Source: Eledone cirrhosa
Lineage: Eukaryota
Length of the DNA stretch: 64,000 bases
NCBI GenBank assembly: GCA_964016885.1
Contig: OZ024745.1
Coordinates: 131,750,001-131,814,000, forward strand
Reading direction: 5' to 3'
The stretch's first letter is position 1. The number at the start of each line of letters is the position of its first letter. The translations under genes and the position numbers were made by a program. Below are positions 38,105 to 51,936 of the stretch, one piece after another. The notes beneath the pieces were generated by a model. It ran no database searches, was not told the DNA's origin, and was given only the letters and a program-made list of their open reading frames with translations.

Positions 38105-38335
38105 TAATGCGCATGGACAATAATCGCTGGGTGAAGTAGTAGCAGGAAATGCCAATGGAAGGAAGCCGCAGTAGAGGGAGACCAAGAAAGACCTGAGTAG
38201 AGGTGATGAGAGTTGACCTCAATTCACTGAGATTCAGAGGAGATGATGAAGGACCGCGGTGAGTGGAGAGATGCCGTGCTGAGAAGGACCTGTCGAACAC
38301 ATGCACACATGAAAAAAGCAGATGTAAAAACGAAT
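38105..38335 (+). mobile_element. RTE family 3, 3' end
   Basis: GSRSRGRPRKT motif and gcacacatgaaaaaagcagatgtaaaa tail; reverse-homologous to 52365-52860. Confidence 0.75.
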
Positions 38336-38342
38336 CTATAAT

Positions 38343-38700
38343 AATGGTTTCTGTCAATTAAATCCAAATGCATTACTTGTATCAGCCCCGTAAGGATGAA
38401 AGGCAAAACTAACCTTTGGCAGGATTTGAACTCAGAACACAAAGGGCCGTAACTCTATGCTGTGAAGCATATTCTCCGACGCTCCCAATCATCCATCCTT
38501 CATAAATCTAAAATAATTGTTTCTACTTTAGGCACAAGGCCAGTAATTACCCAGTACATTACTGGTACTTTATTTTATCGATCCCGTAAGGATGAAAGGC
38601 AAAGTTAACCTCGGCGGGATTTGAACTCAGACCATAAAGGGCCGTAACTCTATACTGCAAAGAATGGAGTCAGACCCTCTACTGATACTGCCAAATCCAG
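38343..38700 (-). mobile_element. Two tandem SINE family A copies
   Basis: 38343-38495 (degenerate) and 38515-38700 (well preserved). Confidence 0.85.
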
Positions 38701-41700
38701 CGCCCTTGGTATATATAAGAATGACAATAATTCAAAGGTAAATATATTCAATAGGTTTGTGTATATGGAGTTTGTTTATATACATAGACAAACTGGTATA
38801 GGAACATGCATACATACATTCTATGGGTGTAGAAATTGTATTTAAATAAAAGTGAATACAACAGCACATGTGTTTTTAGTAGATTCAATGACTATATCGA
38901 AATTTGATAGTCACACAGAGACAACATATGGTATAGGTAACTCTTTAGTTGCTCCAAGAAGTTAACAACTGTTGCTATAACACAACAAACCCAGTACTCT
39001 CTATAAAGTGGTTGGTGTGGGGGAAGGACAACCATCTGTAGAAACTATACAAAAAATTGTAATGTAAGAGCAAGTTCTTGACCAGTTTTAGTAACTTCCC
39101 TATTCACCTATGACCTGATCACTATTATTATCATCTGTATCATTTAACATCTGTTTTCCTTGCTAGTAAGTGTTGGACATGACATGAGAGACTGGTCACA
39201 CTGAAGTAGAACTGCTGACCAATCACATTGGCCAACAGTCCACATCTTGCTTACATACAATTATGATCCTGCTTAGGAGGTCAGTATCTTTGAATAAGAA
39301 CTGTATTGGACTGTAGTGACCCATTCAAATAACACAGCATGAAAAGTGGATGTAAAATAATAATGAATACTATTTCAGATTAAATTACTTGCCAATGAGC
39401 ACATGATTGGGCCCACATGGATGATGTAAAATCAATCAACATCATTAAACTATATGTATCATTATAAACATATTGATTATTTTATAATATGAATTATATT
39501 ATCAGTTTTCTCACTGGTTCTATGAATCTTAACAACATTTGAAAAGAAAGCCAAGTTTTGTTTTGCCTTTTCTTTGCCATTACTATTTACATTTATTTAT
39601 TATAGACATATTAAACAGTAAATTCAATTTTTCTTCTTCACCAGCAAAAAGCACTAAAATAAATAAATAAAATAAAAGAGAATCTAGTGATATTATATTA
39701 CAATTTTTTTTCTTTTGTGACATTTATTCCGAGTAATGTAGCTGCCATTTTTGTCATATCTCTTTCAGATTATCTCATACAGAACAATTGAAAATTATAT
39801 TAACAATCACACAGGGGGAATTTTCTGATGAAATCTGCCATTGTAACAAAGCATTTACATGATTTGGGGCAAATTCTTTCAAATTATTATTATTATTATA
39901 ACATGTTATTTCAACTGGCTTTTCATACAACAATCCAGCAGTTTCATTGGCATAGAAGAATAACATAGCAGCAGATTTTAACATGAATGAAATAAAAAAA
40001 CAAACAACAAACAACAACAAAACAAAGAAAAAAGTTCAGATGATACAATTTTTAAAACCATAATAAAAATTATTTTTTAGTACGGCATTTTATTTAATTT
40101 TTTTTTTTTTTTAACTGAATAACTAACATCCCATTTGTGGCTCGAAATTTAATGTCTAAAAATAAATTGATATTTGCTGGTGGTGATGATGAGGATGATG
40201 ATGATGATGAGGAGGAGGGAGGGGGAGGAGATGGGAGGGGGAAGAGGAGCAGGGAGGGGGAGGAGGAGGAAGCTTATGTGATACATAATGATAATTTCTA
40301 TGCCATAGGACATATTAGTAACATTTATATTTACCACCTCTGCCGGCCAAACTCACTCCCATGCCACCCAGTAGTGGCACTGGCTCCACAAAATTGGGTT
40401 GGGTGTGAAAGCAAGAGCTTGGCGCTATAACCATTGCAATGCATGAATTGCACTATCCTAAAGTGCAGCGTGTACATGCAACTGGGCACTGCTTGTTAGA
40501 GCTGTGGCCCAAGGAAACTCCATTGAAATGAAATTCTTTTTCACCATTTATTCCTGTGAGGGTCGTGAGAGCAGAGTCGTGAAACACTCAGTGGGTCCTG
40601 TCGGAAAGAACCACCCCCAACTGATCTGACTGGATTCCCAAGACTAGCTAAGATCATGGATGTTACTCAACTTGCTTGGGGTTCTACCAGTTGACTTTGC
40701 TCATAAATGAACTTACACTGTGAATTTCTTCAATGGAGCTGGCACACCCACCCCAGGTGAACGCCACTACCACCCACTCCAAGTGAATGCCACTACCTCC
40801 ATGAACACCACTACCACCACCACCAACCCGGGTGAATGCCACCCCCACCCCAGGTGTTTGTCATCAGGAAGGACATCCAGTGATAGAAACCTTGCCAAAA
40901 TGAGACGTCTGACCTGCTTATCTCGCCACAGACAGTGACACCTGTCTCATCCATGAACACGTGGAAAATAGACATATGATGATGATGATGATTAGAATGG
41001 TGATGATGATGATGATGATTAAAATGGTGATGTAGTCTGCATGATAATATTACTTAATGCTCAACTTACTAAAGTTAATACAGAAAACTAAATACCTAAG
41101 TCATACTAAACTATATGCTAAAAAACAACAAAAATTGCCCCCCTTCTTAAAAAAAAAGTAAAAGGCCACGAGGAGGAATATTTGTTGTTTTTCTTCAGTT
41201 CTTCAGTAGACAGGTGTGACAGTTGTGAGACAATGGTTTAGAAAGCTATGGAAGCAGGAACTGTGAAGAATTTAATCTGGGTCAACAGACAGAGACACAC
41301 TTCCAGACGCACACCATTTATTTTCCGATTATATATGTGTGAAGTATGTATAATGGTATATATTATGTTGTGTATGTGTGTATATATATATATATGTGTG
41401 TGTGAAGTATGTATATATAATGGTATACATATAATGTTATGTATGTGTGTATGTATAAATGTGTGAATGCAGGTATATGCAATGTTATATATATATAATG
41501 TTATATATGTGTGTGGATGTAATGTGCGCATGTGTATGTGTGAATATATATATGTAATGTTATGTCATGTATGTATGTGTGTAATGTATACTTGTATGTA
41601 TGTGTGTATGTATGTATATATATGTAAGTATGTATGTATGATTATATGTATGTAATGTAATATGTTCATTATATATATATATATACTGTACACTATAACA

Positions 41701-41756
41701 TATATATATATATATATATACATACTGTACACATTACATATATATATATATATATA

Positions 41757-41922
41757 ACGAAGGAAATGTGGTAAGGAACCAGATGGACCATAACGCACCA
41801 AAGTACTCAATACTTAGGGTAGTAGAGTGGGTAATAGGAACGAGTAGGACCCCGACGGCTGAGCTCAAACCGTTTCGACGAAACGGTTTGAGCTCAGCCG
41901 TCGGGGTCCTACTCGTTCCTAT
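41757..41922. repeat. PLE-like tail with perfect 89-bp palindrome (44+1+44)
   Basis: Arms 41834-41877 and 41879-41922 are exact reverse complements; embedded in (TA)n. Confidence 0.92.
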
Positions 41923-41949
41923 ATATATATATATATATACTGAACACAT

Positions 41950-41982
<33 letters not shown>

Positions 41983-42015
41983 CAGTTTACATATTTATAT
42001 ATATACTGTACACAT

Positions 42016-42063
<48 letters not shown>

Positions 42064-42071
42064 CTGTACAC

Positions 42072-42115
<44 letters not shown>

Positions 42116-42249
42116 CTGTACACATTACATATATATATATTATATATATACATATTGTACACATTACATATATATATATATATATTATATATATACATAC
42201 TGTACACATTACATATATATATATATATATAATGTACACATTACATTAC

Positions 42250-42280
<31 letters not shown>

Positions 42281-42342
42281 CATACATATATATATATAAT
42301 GTGAAAATGTATGTAGCATTATTAACATTTACTAGATCTCTC

Positions 42343-42419
<77 letters not shown>

Positions 42420-42769
42420 GATCTATTTGTTAGAAAGGACAATAATTGGAATGAATGCTGTCTGAGAAAGACAATAAAAAAAAAAATGTTTTCTCAGAAA
42501 AATAAAAGAAAAATGTAGAAAATGGCAAAAAAACCCCCAAAAAACCAAGCATGAAAATAACCTCCCCCCCCACACACACACCAGAGAAAATAGTAACAAT
42601 AAAAGGGGGAAAAATGAAGTATAAATCTTTAAGTGTCTTCATAAGTTTTGCTCAAAATCTGTGTGAAGAGGTAATAATTTAATAATTTTCCTTTTAACTC
42701 AGCTTTCAAAGAAATCATTGTCAGTAGCAACAGAGAAGGTTTACAGTATTGTTGTTTTACTAGATTACC

Positions 42770-43200
42770 ACTAGTAGTATTATTAATAGTAGTGGTAGTA
42801 GTGGTGGTGGTGGTGGTGGTGGTGGTGGTGGTGGTGGTAGTAGTAGTAGTGGTAGTAGTAGTATCAGTAGCAACAGAGAATGTTTCTACAGTGTTAATAT
42901 CAGTAGTAGTGATAGTAGTAGTAGTAGTAGTGGCAGTAGTAGTGGTAATAGTAGTAGTAGTGGTAGTAGTAGAAGTAGTACTAGTAGTATTAGTAGCAGT
43001 GGTAGTTGTAGTAACAGTAGTAGTATTGGTAGTAGTAGTACTGGTGGTGGTGGTAGTAGTAGTAGTAGTATCATTGCTGTTATCATCATCATCATCATTA
43101 TTATTCGTAGTTGTAACAATATCATCAGTAGTAGTAGTAGTAGTATCATTACCATCATCATCATCATCATCAACAATATCAGCAATATTATTATTATTTT
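42770..43200. repeat. (TAG/TGG)n and (CAT)n trinucleotide array
   Basis: Direct reading. Confidence 0.92.
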
Positions 43201-44546
43201 TATATCCATTTCCAATATCCATTAGATTTTAACACCAGTGACATGTTGAAGCTAAGCTTGTCAATTTTTACTTTTTTCTGTTTTTCTTTGTTTTACTTTA
43301 CTATTTTTCTTCTTTTTTTTTCAATATAAAATTAGATATTCTTTTTTTTTTCTGTTTTTGCTAGGTAGTGTTATAAATTTTTTACCTGCTAGGTAGAAAC
43401 TCACAGTGAAGTTCACTTACAGAATTATATGAAGAAATATCTCACCCCTTCCACAATGTAAAAAATATATATAGAAATAGATAAAAAAATAAACAATAAA
43501 AAAATAAAAGTTTGTATTTTGTACCAAGAAGAATAACTCTTTCTTTCCCAAATTTGTTGAAGATCAGTTTAAATCTCTCAACTTCTCTAATCCTATATAT
43601 ATTAACTGGTGGCTTGTATGCAAAATGATTCAAAGAGGTAAAAATGTTTCTTGTATTTTTTATTAATTCTGATGAATCCAATTTTTTGTTCATATAATTA
43701 ATTAACTAATAATTAATTATATGTCTTATGATGTGGAAGAAATGTGCAGTAATTAGAATATAATATAATTAACAGTCTTTGGTTTTCTTTTCAATGTAAT
43801 ATTTGCTCTAAGAGTTTACTTAAACGTCTAAAATAAGGATTTCATGAAAATAGAATTGTATTTAGCTTTCTCAGTAGTTTACTGTAACAAACCTCATATT
43901 TTGAGCTGTAATAACTTCTTCACCTACCATTATCTATTTTCTTATTTGAAAACGTTTTATTCTAAACTATATATGCATGAGTGTATGTGTGTATGTGTAT
44001 TCATTATCATCCCCAAATGACATTTTTTTAATCTTTTCTTTTTCAGAGCTACTGCCATCCTACATAGATTAGATGACAACATGTCAGTCATAAGTTACAT
44101 TTCTAGTATACTTCCTATGACTTGATGCTCTTCCCAACACCGACCATGTTGCAGAGTGTACTTGGTGTATTTTATGGTGGCACCAAAATTAGAAAGGTTG
44201 CCTTGTCCACTTCAAGATTAAAGATCACAGGTGTATGATGGAAAATGAAAGACAGCCCAGCATGTGGGGAGCCTGACCAGACAGTACAGCATGTTCAGGA
44301 TCGACCCCTCAGATGTTTTCTAGGCAACCTGGAGGCAATCCATAATCTTTAGTCTGGCTTGCCAGTCTTGCCTGCCTCTCTAGCTCCTGTGTATATGTCA
44401 TATGTCAAGGAGAATGTGTACAAATAAAGAAAACAGTACTCAATACATCATGCAGAGTATATATTTATAGTTTAATATTTAATGACACGCAGGATTCAAA
44501 TGACTCAGGATTTCAAAGACACAAAGAAACGTGTAATCTTTTAGAT

Positions 44547-44745
44547 CAGGCATATCAAACTGACGATCCCCAAGGGCCACATGAGTCACATGTGTTATTT
44601 GAGGACCACACATGACAACTAATTGCACACATTACAACAGTTTTTTAAAATTTTATATTACAAAGATAAAACATGGTTGCGCTGTAAAAAACCTTTGTGC
44701 GGGCCGTAGGTGTGCTTCTAAAGGGCCGCATGTTCAACATGCCAG
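44547..44745. mobile_element. hAT/Charlie-like MITE with 8-bp TSD
   Basis: TIR caggcatatcaaac / gttcaacatgccag; flanks ttttagat and gtttagat. Confidence 0.75.
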
Positions 44746-46411
44746 GTTTAGATAATTAGGGAGTGAAATCTAGACAGCACTGACCAAGAAGACCTATGAC
44801 TAGTGTTGTGACAGTGGCCATACTTTTTTTTAAGATGTTATACTATAAAGGAGATTTTCTGCAATTCTAGCACATCAAGCAACAACTACTGGTTCATAAC
44901 AGCAAGCTAATCTTATTGATATATTTTTGAAAGTGTTGAACATTAAACCTTTCAGGACAATATATTGACACATCACTGAACAAACACTGGCTACTGAACA
45001 CAATTATTATAATTCTAAAATTACTGAACTCACACACACAACTTTTCCTTCTCTCTCAATTAAAACAACAAAAAAAAAAGGAAAAACCTCAAAACAACAA
45101 CAAAAAACGATAGAACAATAAATAAATAAATAAATGAAACCAATAACAATAAAATCAAAACGTAAAAAAATAACATGAAAAATAAAAACTGCTGCTACTG
45201 CTGTGTTATGACTATTTTCAATAGAAACTGCTTATATGAAAGTTATTTCAGTAAGAGCAACAACAACAACTAAAATAATATGAAAGCTATACATTTCCAC
45301 TTTGACAATAATTAATTAGTAAGACAAAATGATTTCTATCATTTACAAAAGATGCTAATCAGAAATTGGGCAATTAAAACGACAAGCTGATTAGTTGCCT
45401 GGCTCAGTGGAACTGCTCTTTGATGGCATCTCTTTAATTTACTTTGGATATTATCTGAGTGAGAACAACACCTGCCATTGATTATTTTTGGCGATTCAAT
45501 GTGTTATTTCCAGTCCAGCCAGCAACTTCAGGGGTAATGGTTGCAATGGTTGGCTAGATAAGATACTTTAGTATTTTAGTGATTGAGATTATTTTAGAGA
45601 GGAGGAGAGGGGATGGATGAGAGGGCAGGAAGAGGAAAGAGGGAAAAGAAAGAAAGAAAGAAAGAAAGAAAAGAGGTGGATGAGGGGAGAGAGGAAAGAA
45701 AAGAGGTGGATGAGGGGAGAGAGAGAGAGAGAGAGAAGGAGAGAAACTAAGTGTACATATTAAAGAAGTTATTTAGCCCCAGATTAGTCCTAATCAACCA
45801 AACCAATGAAAGGTATTCCAGCCTTGACCATCCCATCTTTATGTATATGTAGGACTACATTATATCAAGTTATTTTTTTCGTTTTAAAGTATGATAGGGT
45901 ATGATATAATTGTGATTTGAGGGCTGTTTCTAGCAGAGTAAGCAACCACGAAGTTGTTTCATTAATCCAGCAGGATTGATGAAACAACACCATGGATAGT
46001 TGAAACACTTTCTCACCCTACACCATAGATTTGTTATTTGTAGAATTTGAGTGTTTTTTAGGTACTGACCTAAAGTATGAGTTAAATAGGGTAAAGACCC
46101 CATAACTCCTTGTGGAATCATAAAGGCACCATCGTACGGCATGTCTAGGGCACTTTTAAACCTGGTGGAGCCCAACCCTCTCCAGGTCTGAACACAGCCG
46201 ATTTTTTTCTATAGAGGAAGAATCAACCCCAGTACTGAACTGGTACTTTTTTTTATTAACCTCGAAAGAATGAAAGGAAATACAGCAGCAACACAATGTG
46301 AACTTTAAATCTTCCCCTCCTAAACCCTATCAATGGATTAACTAAGAAATTCGGGCTCGAATCTATTTTTGTAGAAAGAAGACAGGTGCTGAATTGGCAG
46401 AAGCATTATAG

Positions 46412-46600
46412 CATGTATGGGCAACCTTTTCTAAGCAGTGAGTCACATAGGATGTGTCCCATCATAAGGAGGGCCGTACTACTAACAAATTCAAGACAAT
46501 TCTAAAATTAGGCATGCCATTGAGGAAGCCAAACAGGCTACATATGGCTCATGGGTGGAAGGCCACATGTGGCTCATGGGTGCCATTTTGCCCAGGACTA
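46412..46600. mobile_element. hAT-like MITE nested in a SINE family A head
   Basis: Flanks cattatag / cattagag; SINE A-box at 46390-46410 and B-box at ~46655-46667. Confidence 0.65.
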
Positions 46601-47215
46601 CATTAGAGCAACAAATAAAATGCTTTGCAATATTTATTCAGACTCCTTACTATCTGAGTTCAAATCCTACTGAGGACAACTTTGCCTTTCACTCGGGGAT
46701 AGTGGACTGTTAGAATCATTAGATGGGATGCTTTGTGTTAGTTGTTTTGGCTCTTTGCATTCTCAATTGAAATCCCACCATGGCCTACTTGGGTGATAGA
46801 CTTAAGCCATTATCTCTTTTAACAGCACCATTTGTCCTTCGAGACAGATCTCTATTTTGAGGACAGCTTCCTCCCTCTATGCCATTTCTCTCTGGGGCCC
46901 AGAAAAGTGGTCATTGGCACTGCTTTTCCTCCTGACTGACATTTTTAGGGATCATCTTTCCATTTTCAATACAGCATAAAAATAGTAGAGAAACAGTTTT
47001 TAAAAACTTTACAGATCTGTTGTGTTCTGTAAAACACTTCAGGTGCAATAATGAAGAGTAAAGGACACCAGTCTCTTTTGTAATGGCAAAATTTACAGTT
47101 GTGTATATATATTTACTGTTGTATATATATATGTTTACAGTTGTGTATATATATTTACTGTTGTATATATATATATGTTTACAGTTGTATATATTTATGT
47201 TTACAGCCCACTTAA

Positions 47216-47434
47216 CTCTTTAGCATTTAAACCACCCATATCCGGCCAGCATTCTCTACCTCTTTCTGTTCAAACTGGCCGTAACCAGCTGCTTATACTT
47301 ATGTTAAGGTATTTTTCTCAAAATAAATAATATCAAAATCTCATAGATTAGATATTATGCGAGTTATTATGTGAAATAAAATGTTTACCATGAAAATATA
47401 ATAGTAAATACAGAGTAATGTAAATGCTAAAGGG
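47216..47434. mobile_element. piggyBac-like MITE, complete
   Basis: TTAA|ctctttagcattta ... taaatgctaaaggg|TTAA. Confidence 0.82.
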
Positions 47435-47779
47435 TTAAATTATCATTCCTGTTTGGGTTAGTTATCAGATACTTGTGTAATGTTAATATGAGAAACTCTG
47501 ATGTATCCCCATAATCTTTTCACTTTTGTATTCTCTATACTTATAGTTAATACTAAGTTGTTGTTTGACACCAGGCCAACCCTGACTATGCAGACGTTCC
47601 AGCCATGGCCACCTCACCTTTCTCTTAAGCAGTGTGTCTCTAGGACTACTACATCACTCAATGTATCTCTATCCTTTTAAGACAGAAAGATTTGGTTGCT
47701 ATTTCAAACCGGTCAAGTAACCACACAAGGATTCCTAATTTGGCCACCTTGTCATTATTTGTAAGTATTTTGTATAAGA

Positions 47780-47997
47780 GTGGTGAATTGGCAGAACTGG
47801 TAGAGCGCTGGATAAAATGCCATTGCAACATTTATTTTAACTTTCGACATTCTGAGTTCAAATCCTGCAAAGATCAATTTTCCCTTTCATCCTTCTGGAG
47901 TCAATAAAATACAATAACAGTCAAGTACTGGGGTTGATTCAATCAACTTTGCCCACCTGCCAAATATTCTGGCCTTGTGCTTAAATTAGAAACCAAT
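47780..47997 (+). mobile_element. SINE family A, older copy
   Basis: tggcagaactgg, gagttcaaatcc, cctttcatcctt, ggccttgtgc. Confidence 0.75.
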
Positions 47998-48292
47998 ATT
48001 TAAAACTCAAAACATATAGTAGTGCTCATATAAGACAGAAAGTTGAGGAAGATTTGGCTACTATATTGGTTGATGGAACTAGTTGGCTGGCTCAATTACT
48101 TGCTTACAAGTTGCTTCAGATATTCTTACCAAATTGATATTTATGCAGTGCTTAAACAGTCAATGTTTAAATATTATAGTCCTTGACATGAATCATGAGA
48201 CTTCTAAGAGATTCAACAGATGAATCACCTTCAACATAGAACAGAACTAAAAATATAATAGAACACTAAACAGACATTAAATGATGATGATA

Positions 48293-48329
<37 letters not shown>

Positions 48330-48385
48330 GTGCATATATATATATGTGCATATATATGTATATATACACATATATATATATATTC

Positions 48386-48417
<32 letters not shown>

Positions 48418-48524
48418 ACATATATATATATACATATTTATATATATATACAACTTCCATTTTTCCACGCTAATATATATATACTCACATGATGATGACC
48501 GCCTTCACTTTACCTCTTTTCTTT

Positions 48525-48564
<40 letters not shown>

Positions 48565-49611
48565 CAGAAATAGATAGCTATAACTTGAAAATATGTGGGA
48601 CACCTTAGAATAAGAGGCTATCTTGAAGAAAAAGAACATTCTTTATTACGTTCACAAAATGGTACATCAATAATTTTTCTTGTATAAATTGCTGAAGAAA
48701 GGAAAAACTCTAATTTATAATTGCATCAGAATGTAGACATACGCTCAAGGTGAAGTCTATTTTCCAACCACCCCCTTCTTTTCTATGTTTTTCTTTCTTT
48801 TTTCACATCCACACAGACTTCCAAAATGCTCACCAATACCTACACACTAGTATCTACACAATAAAATATTGTATCTTTAAATATTAATGAATACCTAACA
48901 GTAGTTTGCTGCAATAATTATTGCTTTCCATTTTTTTTTTTCAAACTGAAGTTTTCACGGTTATTCGTACTGTTATTGCAGCTAATGATTAACCAATCAC
49001 ATTAGACACAGAATAAGAAAACTTGTACAGTGATCAATACAAGGAGTCATTGTTTAGAACAAGAACAGCATAAGATGCAAAACAATAAAAATAAGCATGG
49101 AAGAAAAAGAAGAAGAATATCAGTGACCCTCCTACACCAACTTTACTTTTAAAACATGAGATAAAGAAAGATGGAAAACCAAAAAAAAAAAGAAGAAATA
49201 AAAGCCACAAAAGAAGAGAGAATTGGGAAGAAAGGAGAATTTTAAGATATTTAAAAGAAAAATATATAGAATGAATTGTTTAAGAGAATATTTTGCTAAT
49301 GATGTAGTAGCTTTTAACAAGTTATTCAAAAATCTAGAGGTATGTATTAAAAAAAAGTTGTAGAAGATATATAACTGCATGAGTTTTGTCTGCACAACAG
49401 AAGGGGATGAGGTGTTAAGGTTTATTTACCTCCATAAGAAGCAGCAGATAATAGGCCCATTACATGGTGAAGCAGGTTTAAATCACTGATACTTCGTCAT
49501 TAGTAAATATCAATGGAATAACTTTTAGGAAAAAAAATTGGGAAGAATACAGTTATACTTTTATCAGCCAGTATACCATCCATGCCCATGCTGGGACACC
49601 ACTTTATTTAG

Positions 49612-50000
49612 TTGATCATATCAACCCTTACCTATGATCATGAATCTTGGGTAATGACCGAAAGAATATGGTCACGAATACAAGTGGCTGAAATGGGATT
49701 CCTCCGAAGGGTCTTTGGAGTAACGTTACTTGATAGAGTGAGTAGCTCAGAGATCAGAGAGTCACTCCAGGTAGAGCCACTACTTCTCCAAATTGAGATA
49801 TCACAGCTCCGATACTATGGCATGTGGTTGGAATGTCTCAGGAAAGAATCGTTGGACAGACTTTACAGGCAAAACCAACTGGCATGAGACTCAAGGGTAG
49901 ACCCTGACCAAGATGGTTGGATAACATCCATGAACTTGGCTGGTTTTTCTGAGGGTCCAGTCAGATCAGTTGTTTCTGACAGGACCCATTACAATGGACT
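49612..50000 (+). mobile_element. RTE family 2 fragment
   Basis: TLTYDHESWVMTERIWSRIQVAEMGFLRRVFGVTLLDRV...LRYYG. Confidence 0.85.
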
Positions 50001-50767
50001 CTGATCAGGAACAGAACACAACTGTAGGCACCTCATTTGGGAGTTTGACATGCTATGTCACTACAGATGATCAATCATTTTAGAATTCAAGTTGCCAATA
50101 GAAACAGAGAGAAAATACTATAATCTTTAGTATTCTTACTACAGTGACATATATGTAGCATGTAGAGTTGTCCTTGTTGTTTAGAGCAGGTCATCTCTGA
50201 TTGAGTAGACCTATGATCAAATACATTCTAGCTATAACTACCCTGTTTTTATTTTATATATCAAGGATTGCATTGCCTAACATAGTCTTTCTTTTTCTAA
50301 GACAGTGGAGTCTGATTTGAGGGATATTTAGCTACTATTTCTAGATGGTTGAATAGCCACAGAGTAGCTATAAGAGCATGTAGTGATAAACATATAAACC
50401 TGATATATGAATGAGATCATTGTTAGCCAACTGGTGAAACATGTCTGAAGAGAGAATATTTGATAGCTGAGTAAAGATGTTATACAGAACAGTGAAACTA
50501 TGTGAATACATCGGAAAACCTGACTTACATGATAATGGCTTCTCATTTAGGCACAGAGCCAACAGATTTGGGGGGAGGGAAAAGTCAATTACATTGACCC
50601 CAGTGCATTACTGGTAATTTATTTTATCAACCATATAAGGATGAAAGACAAAGCTAAAAATGTTAATTAATGATAATGGCAATGTTAGATTGCAATGGCA
50701 AAGAAGTTCTATAACCCTCAGAATTTAGCTTTTTCTGGTTGGAAAGGTTGAGGTCTGTTAAATAGCC

Positions 50768-51108
50768 ATGTTTCTATCATATTGACATCTGGCTGGGAAG
50801 GTAGATAACTGTGTTTCTATCATACTGACATCTGGTTGGGAAGGTAGATAACTGTGTTTCTATCATACTGACATCTGGTTGGAAAGGTAGATAACTGTGT
50901 TTCTATCATATTGACATCTGGTTGGAAAGGTAGATAACTGTGTTTCTATCATATTGACATCTGGTTGGAAAGGTAGATAACTGTGTTTCTATCATACTGA
51001 CATCTGGTTGGGAAGGTAGATAACTGTGTTTCTATCATATTGACATCTGGTTGGAAAGGTAGATAACTGTGTTTCTATCATATTGACATCTGGTTGGAAA
51101 GGTAGATA
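50768..51108. repeat. 43-bp minisatellite, ~8 copies
   Basis: Unit gtttctatcatattgacatctggttggaaaggtagataactgt. Confidence 0.95.
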
Positions 51109-51936
51109 AGTGTGCATATTTTGTATATCTGTTGATATCCGGTATGTTTACAAATAAACATTTTGAAAGCCTTCTGCTTTGAATTTCAAAACTGATGATG
51201 TAGAACCATCCATCCATATATATATATATATAATTTTTAATCGTGTTATAGAATATACTTTGCTGAAGAGATCCAATAACTGAAACAGATGTCAACTTTA
51301 CTTTCACCAGTTGGCTTAAAGACTAGATTCACCCCTCACCCCTCATACATACATTTCTAAACTTTCAATTAATTGATTTTATTGGAGTTAGCTGCCTTGT
51401 TTGTTGTTGTTTTAGACTTGAAACATCCCTAGAGGGAGATAATGTCTCCTAATTACAGTGGACAATCTCAGCCAATCAAGATTTTTCCACTCATTCTATT
51501 ACACATGTGAGACTCTACCATGACATCAACTATATTCTCTATAGACCTACTTCACTGCAATTGCATCAGTTATGCAAATAATACAATTATGCCAGACATG
51601 CAAATATTACAAGCAAATTAGTTATGCAAATATCCCAAGTATATAAGGAATGTAAATTTTATGATTATATCTATTGTATTCGTGAGTGTATCAATGATGT
51701 ACATTCCATAGTTATATCAGTTATGTAAATTTTAGGATTTATATAATATAATTATGTCAAGCATGTAATATAGGAATTATTCAAGAATGCAATAGACATT
51801 TGAGGTATATAATATTCTAATTATAGGAGCTATGCAATATCATGATAATATGAGTTATGTCATATCATGACATTGGTCATGTAATATTACGATATCAGTT
51901 GTATCGTATGAGTGTGTGTGTAAATATATATATATA

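Noticed and set aside
39825-39850. Other CTGATGA hits (39825, 20813, 43669, 51192)
   Set aside because: No paired stem II followed by GAAA and stem III/stem I.
42629-43232. Mucin-like poly-Thr ORF
   Set aside because: Trinucleotide microsatellite open on both strands, with no signal peptide or exon evidence.
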